Assembly: GCA_964350915.1 (NCBI GenBank) | Contig: CAYGLM010000002.1 | Coordinates: 15,728-59,708, forward strand | Direction: 5' to 3' | From: an uncultured Gammaproteobacteria bacterium | Lineage (GTDB): Bacteria > Patescibacteriota > Patescibacteriia > Patescibacteriales > UBA12465 | DNA length: 43,981 nucleotides | Shown: positions 32,662-41,057 of the stretch, piece after piece | Layout: the number at the start of each line of letters is the position of its first letter | Numbering within the stretch: position 1 is the first letter of the stretch | Notes under the pieces: generated by a model | The model's database searches: none | Told to the model about the DNA's origin: nothing | The model's input: the letters and a program-made list of their open reading frames with translations, nothing else | Program-made: the position numbers and the translations under genes

Positions 32662-33123
32662 ATGAAATGCCCAATTTGTTATTACCCCGATACTAAAGTT
32701 GTTGATTCCCGGGTAGCGACCGATGGATTATCTATCCGTCGTCGTCGAGAATGTTTGAAGTGTTCCTTCCGCTTTTCTACTTATGAAGAGATAGAATTAT
32801 TGGATTTAGTCATTGTTAAGCGCGATGGCCGTCGCGAGTCTTATAGTAGAGAAAAATTGGTCGGTGGATTAAAAAAATCTTGTGAAAAACGGCCGATTAC
32901 TGAGGATCGTTTCAAGCGCTTGATTCATGCGATTGAAAGAGACTTACAGCGCCTCAAAAAAACAGAAATAACCTCGAGCCAAATCGGACAGGCGGTGATG
33001 AGAAACCTAAAGAAGATTGATACGGTTGCCTATATTCGTTACGCTTCGGTTTACGAATCATTCAAAGACGCTCAAGAATTCCGTAAGGAGATTAACAAGC
33101 TCATCAAAGATAAAAATAAGTAA
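32662..33123 (+). CDS. nrdR: Transcriptional repressor NrdR (Zn ribbon plus ATP-cone)
   Basis: MKCPICYYPDTKVVDSRV...RRRRECLKCSFRFSTYE, then an ATP-cone (VIKRDGRRESYSREKL). 153 aa. Confidence 0.95.
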   Translation: MKCPICYYPDTKVVDSRVATDGLSIRRRRECLKCSFRFSTYEEIELLDLVIVKRDGRRESYSREKLVGGLKKSCEKRPITEDRFKRLIHAIERDLQRLKKTEITSSQIGQAVMRNLKKIDTVAYIRYASVYESFKDAQEFRKEINKLIKDKNK

Positions 33124-33136
33124 TTATCAAATCCCT

Positions 33137-35197
33137 ATGTCCGAGACCATCAGCAAAATCATCAAACGATCCGGCGATATCGTCGATTTCGATCAAGACA
33201 AAATTGTTCGCGCTATCCACAAAGCAGCCACAGCTGTTGATTTGGATGACAAACATTTAGCTAAAAAGTTGGCCGACCAGGTAGTGCTAAAAGTAAACCA
33301 TAAGTTTCATAAGAACAGCATTCCGGCGGTTGAAGAAATTCAGGATGTCGTTGAAGAGGTGCTGATTGAAAATGGTTATACGAAAATCGCCAAGTCCTAT
33401 ATTCTTTATCGCGAACAGCACAGACAGCTTCGTGATATTAACGACGCTACTGCTGATGAAAAATTAATGGAAGATTATTTGGGACGAGCTGACTGGCGCC
33501 TGAAAGAAAATAGTAACATGAGCTTTTCTGTTCAGGGTTTAAATAATTATATTGCCTCAGCTATTTCTGCCCGCTATTGGCTGAATAAGATGTATCCGGA
33601 AAATATTAGGAAGGCGCATATCGAGGGCGACATGCACATTCATGATTTAGGCTTGTTGGCTCCTTATTGTTGTGGTTGGGACTTGAAAGATTTATTAGTT
33701 AAAGGATTTAGAGGAGTAAGCGAAAAAGTCCAAAGCAACCCCCCTAAGCACTTTCGTAGCGCCTTAGGTCAGATTATTAATTTTTTCTATACTCTTCAGG
33801 GGGAAGCAGCTGGAGCCCAGGCTTTTGCTAATTTTGATACTTACCTCGCTCCTTTTATCCGTTATGATAAATTGACCTACGAAGAAGTAAAGCAGGGCTT
33901 GCAGGAGTTCATGTTTAATATCAACGTTCCGACTCGTGTTGGTTTTCAGACCCCCTTTACTAATGTGACTTTAGATGTAACGCCATCACCGATGATAGGC
34001 GAGGAAAATGTGATTATTGGCGGCAAATTGATGCCAGAAAAATATAAGGATTTTCAAAAAGAAATGGACATGTTTAATCAGGCTTTTGCCGAGGTGATGT
34101 TGGCCGGCGATTCAACTGGGCGCGTCTTTGGATTCCCGATACCAACTTACAATATTGATAAGGAATTCGATTGGGACAAGGAAAGCATGAAGTCAGCCTG
34201 GGAAATGACTGCTAAATATGGAATTCCTTACTTCTCAAATTTTGTTAATTCTGACATGAATCGCGATGACGCTCGCTCTATGTGCTGTCGCTTAAGATTG
34301 GATAATCGTGAGCTGCGCAAACGCGGTGGCGGCCTATTTGGCGCCAATCCCCTTACTGGTTCTATTGGCGTAGTTACTATTAATCTTGCTCGCCTAGGTT
34401 ACTTGTCGAAAAGCAAAGATGAATTTAAAGAAAGATTGCTCTCCTTGATGGAAACAGCTAAAGAAAGTTTAGAGATAAAGCGTAAAGTAGTGGAAAAATT
34501 TACCGAAGACCGACTTTATCCTTACTCCATGTTCTATCTAGAAAATATTAAAGCTAGATTTGGTGAATACTGGAAAAATCACTTCTCTACCATCGGTATT
34601 AATGGCATGAATGAAGCGATTATGAATTTGATGGGCAAAGATTTAACTAGCCCCGAGGGACAGGCTTTTGCTGGAGAAATTCTGGATTATATGCGAGAAA
34701 AGTTAATGGATTTTCAGAACGAGACTAATACCCTTTATAATTTAGAAGCTACGCCGGGCGAGGGTTGCACCTATCGCTTTGCTAAAAAAGACCAACAGCT
34801 TTATCCAGGAATAATTTGCGCCAATACCGAGGCCGTGAAGAATTTAGGAGCTGATCCTTATTATACTAACTCAAGTCATTTGCACGTTAATCATACCGAT
34901 GATATTTTTTCTGCCCTTGATCTTCAAGATAAGCTGCAAACTAAATATACTGGCGGCACCGTTTTACATGGTTATTTAGGAGAAAGAATGCCGACTGGCG
35001 AGTCAGCTAAGAAATTAGTTAAAAGAATAGTTGAGAATTATCGTCTCCCTTATTTCACTATCACCCCGACTTTCTCTATCTGTCCGAAACACGGTTATTT
35101 GTCCGGAGAACATAAATTTTGCCCGAAATGTGACGAAGAAATTGGCTACAAAGAAACAGTTGGAGAGATTCGTTCCGCTGATCAAAATCAAGTCTAG
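33137..35197 (+). CDS. nrdD: Anaerobic ribonucleoside-triphosphate reductase NrdD, large fragment (ATP-cone, barrel and Zn-ribbon) lacking the glycyl-radical motif
   Basis: The ATG at 33137 (MSETISKIIKRSGDIVDFDQDKI, ATP-cone) is preferred; the ORF-track start at 33017 overlaps nrdR. Motifs MCCRLRLD, YNLEATPGEG, and the Zn-ribbon ICPKHGY...FCPKCDEE. The ORF ends in TAG at 35195..35197 with no R(V/I)xGY motif. Confidence 0.85.
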   Translation: MSETISKIIKRSGDIVDFDQDKIVRAIHKAATAVDLDDKHLAKKLADQVVLKVNHKFHKNSIPAVEEIQDVVEEVLIENGYTKIAKSYILYREQHRQLRDINDATADEKLMEDYLGRADWRLKENSNMSFSVQGLNNYIASAISARYWLNKMYPENIRKAHIEGDMHIHDLGLLAPYCCGWDLKDLLVKGFRGVSEKVQSNPPKHFRSALGQIINFFYTLQGEAAGAQAFANFDTYLAPFIRYDKLTYEEVKQGLQEFMFNINVPTRVGFQTPFTNVTLDVTPSPMIGEENVIIGGKLMPEKYKDFQKEMDMFNQAFAEVMLAGDSTGRVFGFPIPTYNIDKEFDWDKESMKSAWEMTAKYGIPYFSNFVNSDMNRDDARSMCCRLRLDNRELRKRGGGLFGANPLTGSIGVVTINLARLGYLSKSKDEFKERLLSLMETAKESLEIKRKVVEKFTEDRLYPYSMFYLENIKARFGEYWKNHFSTIGINGMNEAIMNLMGKDLTSPEGQAFAGEILDYMREKLMDFQNETNTLYNLEATPGEGCTYRFAKKDQQLYPGIICANTEAVKNLGADPYYTNSSHLHVNHTDDIFSALDLQDKLQTKYTGGTVLHGYLGERMPTGESAKKLVKRIVENYRLPYFTITPTFSICPKHGYLSGEHKFCPKCDEEIGYKETVGEIRSADQNQV

Positions 35198-35287
35198 TCA
35201 GTTCTTGTCAATTTGTAATTTATCAATTTTTAATTTATAATTTAAATAATCGTTAAGCTTGTTTCGCTCTTAAAATAGCGTGACAAG

Positions 35288-35443
35288 ATGGCGCAAAAAT
35301 ATATGAGTCCCATGCAAACTCAAAGACAAGAATGTATCGTTTATAGCCGTGTTGTTGGCTGGCTAACTCCGGTTAAGAATTATAATCCTGGCAAAGCTTC
35401 GGAATATAAAGATAGAAAAACCTTCAAGGTGCAGGCTAATTAA
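35288..35443 (+). CDS. 51-codon ORF encoding the NrdD glycyl-radical C-terminal motif (not in the supplied ORF track)
   Basis: My translation is MAQKYMSPMQTQRQECIVYSRVVGWLTPVKNYNPGKASEYKDRKTFKVQAN*. It matches the class III RNR C-terminus pattern (V/I)YSR(V/I)xG(Y)..PV..WN.GK..E...R..F. It is in the same frame as nrdD but separated from it by in-frame stops (TAG, TAA x3, TAG). It has no clear Shine-Dalgarno. Confidence 0.7.
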   Translation: MAQKYMSPMQTQRQECIVYSRVVGWLTPVKNYNPGKASEYKDRKTFKVQAN

Positions 35444-35458
35444 TTAATAGAAAAAGCT

Positions 35459-36184
35459 ATGATTATCGGTGGTCTAGAGAAATTGTCTCTACTTGACTAC
35501 CCCGATCATCTAGCGGCTATTATCTTCACCCAAGGATGTAACTTTAGATGTCACTTTTGCTACAACCCCATGCTTGTCCTGCCCCGCAAGGGAGAGGATG
35601 AAAAAAATAAAAAAGAAAAAGGTTTTTCTCCACTTTCCTCCGAAGACCTTTTTCTTTTTTTACGGGAAAGATATGGTCGTTTAGACGGTGTAGTTATTAC
35701 TGGCGGCGAGCCAACTTTACATCTCGACCTGCCGGCTTTTATCAAAAAGATAAAGAAAATTGGATATGACGTTAAGCTGGATACTAACGGAACTAATCCT
35801 GAAATGTTGACAGAATTAATAGAAAAAAAGTTGATTGATTATATCGCCATGGACTTGAAGGCGCCCCTAGACAAGTATGCGGAGACAGTTGGCGTCAAGA
35901 CGAGCTGTAATAATCTCAAAAAAAGTGTTAAGATTATCTTAAAGAGTGGTTTGCCGCATGAATTTCGGACGACCGTTGTTCCTGGTTTACTAGAAAAAGA
36001 TGATTTTCAGAAAATGGGCGCATTAATCAAGGGAGCGGATAATTGGTATTTACAAGCTTTTAAATCTGATACGGAATTAGTTAATCCGGATTATCGCGGC
36101 CATAAAGCTTTTTCTAGTCGACAGATGAAGGAATTCGCTGTTTTAGGAGCAAAGGTTGCCGGAAAATGTGAAATTAGGGAATAG
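35459..36184 (+). CDS. nrdG: Anaerobic ribonucleotide reductase activating radical-SAM protein
   Basis: DYPDHLAAIIFTQGCNFRCHFCYNP (CxxxCxxC), VVITGGEPTLH; directly downstream of nrdD. Confidence 0.85.
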   Translation: MIIGGLEKLSLLDYPDHLAAIIFTQGCNFRCHFCYNPMLVLPRKGEDEKNKKEKGFSPLSSEDLFLFLRERYGRLDGVVITGGEPTLHLDLPAFIKKIKKIGYDVKLDTNGTNPEMLTELIEKKLIDYIAMDLKAPLDKYAETVGVKTSCNNLKKSVKIILKSGLPHEFRTTVVPGLLEKDDFQKMGALIKGADNWYLQAFKSDTELVNPDYRGHKAFSSRQMKEFAVLGAKVAGKCEIRE

Positions 36185-36214
36185 TGTTTCTGGAAAATGT
36201 GAAATTAGGGAATA
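36161..36214 (+). repeat. 23-bp perfect direct repeat duplicating the 3' end of nrdG
   Basis: ggaaaatgtgaaattagggaata occurs at 36161..36183 (the last codons of nrdG) and again at 36192..36214, separated by the 8-nt spacer gtgtttct. Confidence 0.95.
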
Positions 36215-36217
36215 AAT

Positions 36218-36562
36218 ATGAATAATATGTTAAAAAACGACGTTTTATCCACCGATAAACCAGAATCGGCAGCATCATCAATATCTTCAGCAGTGAAGCC
36301 AGAGAAAGAGTCTGCTCAAGATGGGAAAGTAATGGTGGACATCTTGGCGCAGATGGAGAAGAATGAGCAAACAAACAGGGAAATTTTAAAGGCGGTTAAG
36401 TTTATTAAAAGTCATTATTTCTGGCGTTGGATTTTTAATATAACTAAAGTTATCGTTCTGATAATGATAATCGTGCTTGGCATAGTGTCTTGGGATAGCA
36501 TTGTTGAACTGATTAGAGCCACCATTGAAAGCTATATTAGCAATATGGCGGCAAGTCAATAA
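36218..36562 (+). CDS. Small single-pass membrane protein, function unknown (114 aa)
   Basis: Hydrophilic N-terminus, then TM helix WIFNITKVIVLIMIIVLGIVSW. It ends 32 nt before the ATPase gene. Confidence 0.45.
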   Translation: MNNMLKNDVLSTDKPESAASSISSAVKPEKESAQDGKVMVDILAQMEKNEQTNREILKAVKFIKSHYFWRWIFNITKVIVLIMIIVLGIVSWDSIVELIRATIESYISNMAASQ

Positions 36563-36594
36563 AATTTTAAGTTAGAGATAATCATATAACTGCT

Positions 36595-38655
36595 ATGGCT
36601 GGCAATATCGCGGTATTCGCCCAGACAAATTATCGCAATGAGCTGAAAAAATTCGGCATTAAAACTGACGACCGGCGCCGTCATATGTATTTGATTGGGA
36701 AAACTGGTATGGGTAAGTCGACCGTTTTGGAAAATATGATTATCGACGATATTCGTAACGGTTATGGCGTAGCGGTTGTTGATCCGCATGGTGACTTGGC
36801 AGAAAAAATTATTGAATATATTCCAACTAATCGCGTAAACGATGTTGTTTATTTCAATCCCTCAGATATCAATTACCCGATTGCTTTTAACGTTGTTGAA
36901 CAGGTCGAGTCTCATTTGCGCCACTTGGTCGCTTCCGGTTTAATAGGTGTTTTTCAGAAATTATGGGCTGATTCTTGGGGGCCACGCTTGGAATATATTT
37001 TAAGAAATGCGATTTTAGCAATTCTAGATTTTCCTGGTTCTACTCTTTTGGGTGTTGTGCGCATGCTTTCTGATAAGGGTTATCGCAAGCGCGTCGTTGC
37101 TAATATTAAAGATCCGGTGGTGAAAGCTTTCTGGGAGAAAGAGTTTTCTGGTTATGCTGACAAATTTGCCTCTGAAGCGGTTTCACCTATCCAGAATAAA
37201 GTCGGACAGTTTTTATCTAGTTCTTTAATGCGTAATATTATCGGTCAAGTTAAATCAGCCATTGATATTCGCGATATTATGGATAACGGCAAAATCCTGA
37301 TTATGAATTTGTCCAAGGGGCGTATCGGTGAGGATAACTCTGCCTTACTGGGCGCAATGATGATTACTAAAATTCAATTGGCCTCGATGAGTCGAGTTGA
37401 TTTGCCTGAGAATGAAAGGCGCGATTTTTATCTTTATATCGATGAGTTTCAAAATTTTTCTACGGACAGTTTTGCTAATATTTTGTCGGAAGCAAGAAAA
37501 TATCGTTTGAATTTAATTTTAGCGCACCAGTATATTGAACAGCTAACGGAAAAAGTTAAGCCAGCAGTTTTTGGTAATGTAGGAACTTTGGTTGTTTTTC
37601 GAGTTGGCGCAGCTGATGCAGAAGAGTTGGTTAAAGAATTCACGCCGACCTTTACCGAAGAGGATATTGTTAATCTTCCTAAATATGAAATGTATTTGAA
37701 ATTAATGATAGACGGCATTGCTTCTTCACCTTTTTCTGCTATTGGTTTACCGCCTTTGCGTCAAGAAGAAAAAACGGACAATACTGAGAAGGTAATTAAT
37801 TATTCACGAGAAAGATACGCGACGCCTCGCGAGTTAGTAGAAGAAAGAATTATGAGCTGGCATGAAAGTTATGGTGAAGATGATAGGCCGCCAGCACGTC
37901 CATCAAAAGGAGCATCAGCGCCCGCCGCTTTCAATCGGGGAGCGTCCGCTCCAGCAGCTTTCAATCAAGGAGCGTCAGCCCCGGCTACTTCTGCTGGGCC
38001 AGTGATAACACAAGTTGCGGGCAGTCAAGCAGGCGGTGGGTCGACACCAAGGGTTAGTCGTCAAAATGAAGCCTTAAGAAAGAATGAATCTGGTGATTTT
38101 AATGCAGCTAGTCGGGAACAGGTAACCTTAAGGCAAGTCCCTGGAGGGCAAGTCCAAGAAAGAAAAATGCCTACTAGATCAGGCGCACCGGGCAAAGCAT
38201 CTGCCTATCAAAAGGAAGAAGAAGGACATGAGACAACTTGTTCCAGTTGCGGCGCTATAACACATACCATTTTTATTCCTGATGGCGTTCGTCCGGTATA
38301 TTGTCGTACCTGTCTAAGTCAAAAAAAAGAAGAAAAACGCTTAGAAACGGAAATGCGTCGCCAAGCTAAGGAAATTGAAAGAAAAAATTTAGTAGAATTA
38401 AATACAGATAGTCAAGAAGCAGAAACAGAAAGTGCGTCTTTATCATTAACAGATTTAGCTAAACTAAATCCGGTTGATTTCCGGGGACGATCAATTAAGC
38501 CTTTCTCTCGGCCGGTTAGCGATAATAGCACGCTTAAACGTTCAACATTAGAAAAATCAGCAGGAGCTTCTTTAGCGAATCAAAATGATCTTAATGGCGT
38601 TAGTGCCGATGAACAAGATTTACCTGAAGGCGAAAATATCGATATTTTTGCTTGA
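36595..38655 (+). CDS. TraD/VirD4-like (T4SS coupling-protein-like) P-loop ATPase without TM segments, with a low-complexity linker and a C-terminal CxxC...CxxC zinc ribbon (686 aa)
   Basis: Walker A LIGKTGMGKSTVLENM, AVVDPHGDL, Walker B FYLYIDEFQNFST, ARKYRLNLILAHQYIEQL. C-terminal CSSCGAITHTIFIPDGVRPVYCRTCL followed by a basic coiled-coil-like stretch. Confidence 0.7.
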   Translation: MAGNIAVFAQTNYRNELKKFGIKTDDRRRHMYLIGKTGMGKSTVLENMIIDDIRNGYGVAVVDPHGDLAEKIIEYIPTNRVNDVVYFNPSDINYPIAFNVVEQVESHLRHLVASGLIGVFQKLWADSWGPRLEYILRNAILAILDFPGSTLLGVVRMLSDKGYRKRVVANIKDPVVKAFWEKEFSGYADKFASEAVSPIQNKVGQFLSSSLMRNIIGQVKSAIDIRDIMDNGKILIMNLSKGRIGEDNSALLGAMMITKIQLASMSRVDLPENERRDFYLYIDEFQNFSTDSFANILSEARKYRLNLILAHQYIEQLTEKVKPAVFGNVGTLVVFRVGAADAEELVKEFTPTFTEEDIVNLPKYEMYLKLMIDGIASSPFSAIGLPPLRQEEKTDNTEKVINYSRERYATPRELVEERIMSWHESYGEDDRPPARPSKGASAPAAFNRGASAPAAFNQGASAPATSAGPVITQVAGSQAGGGSTPRVSRQNEALRKNESGDFNAASREQVTLRQVPGGQVQERKMPTRSGAPGKASAYQKEEEGHETTCSSCGAITHTIFIPDGVRPVYCRTCLSQKKEEKRLETEMRRQAKEIERKNLVELNTDSQEAETESASLSLTDLAKLNPVDFRGRSIKPFSRPVSDNSTLKRSTLEKSAGASLANQNDLNGVSADEQDLPEGENIDIFA
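37909..37992 (+). repeat. In-frame 30-bp tandem repeat (about 2.8 copies) in the ATPase linker
   Basis: Units at 37909, 37939 and 37969 encode GASAPAAFNR / GASAPAAFNQ / GASAPATS. The units differ at several third-codon positions. Confidence 0.9.
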
Positions 38656-38733
38656 ACCTATAATAAATTAGCGCTGTAGTCGGTAATATTAAAAGTTAGC
38701 TCTGTTTATTTTTTAAAATTTAAATTTATTTTC

Positions 38734-39306
38734 ATGTATTTATTTTTCGATACTGAAACAACTGGATTGCCGAAAAATTATCAAGCCCCCCTTGATGATT
38801 TTTCTAATTGGCCGCGAGTTGTCCAGATTGCCTGGAGCTTATATGATTTTAATGGCAACCATTGGGAGAGTCATAATTATATTATTAAGCCCGATGGCTT
38901 CGTAATTTCTGAAGAAGTTGCTAAAATTCATCGCATCACTCAGGCTCGAGCAGAGCAGGAGGGAATTGAGTTAAAGAAAGCGCTGGAGCACTTTCTGACC
39001 GATGTTAGTCGTTCCACTTATTTAGTTGCTCATAATATTGAATTTGATGAAAATATTGTTGGCTCTGAGTTGTTACGTCTTAAATTTAATAATCCTCTAC
39101 CAGCCGCTAATAAGATTTGTACCATGAAACGAACAGCAGACGTCTGTCGCATCCCTAATGGCCGCGGTGGCTATAAATGGCCCAACCTGACTGCTTTATA
39201 TACTTTCTTGTTCAAAGATATCTTTCCGGAAGCACATGACGCAGCTTTTGATGTTAAAGCTTGTGCCGATTGCTTCTTTGAGCTCAAAAGAAAGAACTTG
39301 ATTTAA
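38734..39306 (+). CDS. DEDDh 3'-5' exonuclease (DnaQ / DNA pol III epsilon-like), stand-alone
   Basis: Exo I FFDTETTGLP, Exo II VAHNIEFDENIV, Exo III EAHDAAFDVKACADCF. 190 aa. Confidence 0.8.
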   Translation: MYLFFDTETTGLPKNYQAPLDDFSNWPRVVQIAWSLYDFNGNHWESHNYIIKPDGFVISEEVAKIHRITQARAEQEGIELKKALEHFLTDVSRSTYLVAHNIEFDENIVGSELLRLKFNNPLPAANKICTMKRTADVCRIPNGRGGYKWPNLTALYTFLFKDIFPEAHDAAFDVKACADCFFELKRKNLI

Positions 39307-39366
39307 GCTTTGTCTTGGGTTAATCTTTATTTTCAGGTAATAGGCTTTTATCATTAAAATTCTTTT

Positions 39367-40965
39367 ATGGAGCATGGCTCTCATTTTCTGCGCGTTGGTA
39401 AGGCGACCGATTTAACTGGCCGCGATTTTAAAATTTATCGAATATTAGAGATTTTACCAGGGGCGCTGTCTATTGGCACCTTGGTAATATTGTTATTACT
39501 ATCTTATTTACAGCCTGTTTTCGTGGCTTATTTTATTATTGCCTTTAGCGTTTATTGGCTGCTTTTGGTCATTTATATGGCGATTTTTTTAATCGCTTCT
39601 TATCGACACTTGAAAAAAGGCCTAAAAACCGATTGGCGCGCTAGATGCGAGAACTTAGCGGCCGGAAATTATGATGCTGAAGGCGCCTCAGTTGCCTGTC
39701 TTGCCCGACAAGGTTGGTCTTGGCAGGATGTTTGGCATCTAATTGTTTTGCCTACTTATAACGAAAACGTTGAGATTATTCGTGCTTCTTTAGAGGCAAT
39801 TGTTCAGGATGGTTTTCCAACGGATCGTTTAATTGTGGCTCTGGCGATTGAAGAAAGAGCTGGTCCTCTTGGTCACGAAAAAGCAGCTATTGTTCAGAAG
39901 GAATTCGGCGATAAATTTGGTCGCTTCATGATAGTTTTTCATCCAGATGGCATTGAGGGAGAGCTGAAAGGCAAGGGCGCTAATCAAGGTTGGTGTGTTA
40001 AGGAGGTTAAGCGCGATTTAATAGACAAGGAAGGCTTTGACTATAATAAAATTCTAATTAGTGTTTTCGATATTGATACTATCGTTCGATCAGGATATTT
40101 TTTCGCTCTGACGCATAAATTTTTGACAGTCGATGAGCCTTATCGTGCCAGTTATCAGCCAATTCCAGTTTATCATAACAATATTTGGCGCGCACCGTTT
40201 TTTTCTCGCGTGGCCGCCTCCTCTAATACTTTCTGGCAGATGATTATGCAAGTTAGGCAAGAAAGTTTGGTTACCTATTCTTCTCATTCCATGACCTTTA
40301 AGGCATTAGCTGATATTGGCTTTTGGTCGCCTAAGAGTGTGAGTGAAGATTCACGTATTTTTTGGCATTGTCTTTTACATTACAACGGCGACTATCGAGT
40401 TGAACCGATTAGCTTTGATGTTTCAATGGACGTTACTTGTGATACTAGTGTGCCTAGAACTGCTTTAAGTTTATATAAACAACAGCGTCGCTGGGCTTGG
40501 GGAGCAGAGAATATCCCCTATCTTTTATTTAATACTATTAAGATGTGGAGGCGCCCAGGTTTTAAAAAAGGAGTTGTTGCTGGTCATATTTCTATTCAAC
40601 TTTACGGTTTTCATGCCTGGGCTACTAATGCTTTGATTATTGCTGTTTTAGGTTGGATGCCAATGGTGTTAGGAGGAGATCGTTTTAACGCTACCGTTCT
40701 TTCAGGTAACTTGCCGACAGTAACGCAGAATTTAATGAGTTTCGCGATGGTTGGTTTAATTTTATCTGCCATTGTTTCTGCCTTACTTTTACCCAAGCGA
40801 CCAAAGGAGCATACCGTCTGGAAAAATATTTTGATTACCCTGGAATGGTTTTTAGTACCAGTAGTCATCATTTTTTTCGGAGCCATTCCCTGTCTCGATG
40901 CTCAGATTAGATTGATGCGCGGAAAGTACATGGGTTTCTGGGTGACGCCAAAAATGAGAGCTTAA
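39367..40965 (+). CDS. Membrane-integrated family-2 glycosyltransferase with processive-synthase motifs (cellulose/chitin/hyaluronan-synthase-like)
   Basis: VLPTYNENVEII, SVFDIDT, SEDSRIFW, and QQRRWAWG (the Q(Q/R)xRW motif). It has 2 N-terminal and about 4 C-terminal TM helices. Confidence 0.75.
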   Translation: MEHGSHFLRVGKATDLTGRDFKIYRILEILPGALSIGTLVILLLLSYLQPVFVAYFIIAFSVYWLLLVIYMAIFLIASYRHLKKGLKTDWRARCENLAAGNYDAEGASVACLARQGWSWQDVWHLIVLPTYNENVEIIRASLEAIVQDGFPTDRLIVALAIEERAGPLGHEKAAIVQKEFGDKFGRFMIVFHPDGIEGELKGKGANQGWCVKEVKRDLIDKEGFDYNKILISVFDIDTIVRSGYFFALTHKFLTVDEPYRASYQPIPVYHNNIWRAPFFSRVAASSNTFWQMIMQVRQESLVTYSSHSMTFKALADIGFWSPKSVSEDSRIFWHCLLHYNGDYRVEPISFDVSMDVTCDTSVPRTALSLYKQQRRWAWGAENIPYLLFNTIKMWRRPGFKKGVVAGHISIQLYGFHAWATNALIIAVLGWMPMVLGGDRFNATVLSGNLPTVTQNLMSFAMVGLILSAIVSALLLPKRPKEHTVWKNILITLEWFLVPVVIIFFGAIPCLDAQIRLMRGKYMGFWVTPKMRA

Positions 40966-41020
40966 TTTGTAATCGTTAGTTTACCTGTTATTAGCACTTT
41001 TCTTAGCAAAGAAATTTTTT

Positions 41021-41050
41021 TTGGCGCGAGTGAGAAAGCTATGTTATAAT
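41021..41050 (+). promoter_or_regulatory. Sigma70-type promoter (TTGGCG-18-TGtTATAAT) whose -10 element ends 7 nt before the ATG at 41058; a leaderless transcript is predicted
   Basis: ttggcg at 41021..41026, tataat at 41045..41050 preceded by tgt, then ataaggcATG. Confidence 0.55.
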
Positions 41051-41057
41051 ATAAGGC

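Noticed and set aside
33017-33136. The long N-terminal extension of the nrdD ORF given in the ORF track (start at 33017)
   Set aside because: It overlaps the 3' end of nrdR in another frame and encodes a non-conserved peptide. The ATP-cone consensus begins at the ATG at 33137.
35031-35240. 69-aa ORF overlapping the nrdD 3' end in another frame
   Set aside because: It is an off-frame overlap with a conserved gene and has no motif or start-site support.
35198-35287. Group I or group II intron interrupting nrdD, by analogy with the phage T4 nrdD/sunY intron
   Set aside because: At most about 186 nt separate the last conserved residues of the two pieces. This is shorter than any canonical self-splicing group I or II intron I know of, and I could not trace P1-P9-like pairings by eye. 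It is kept only as a low-probability alternative within the split-nrdD finding.
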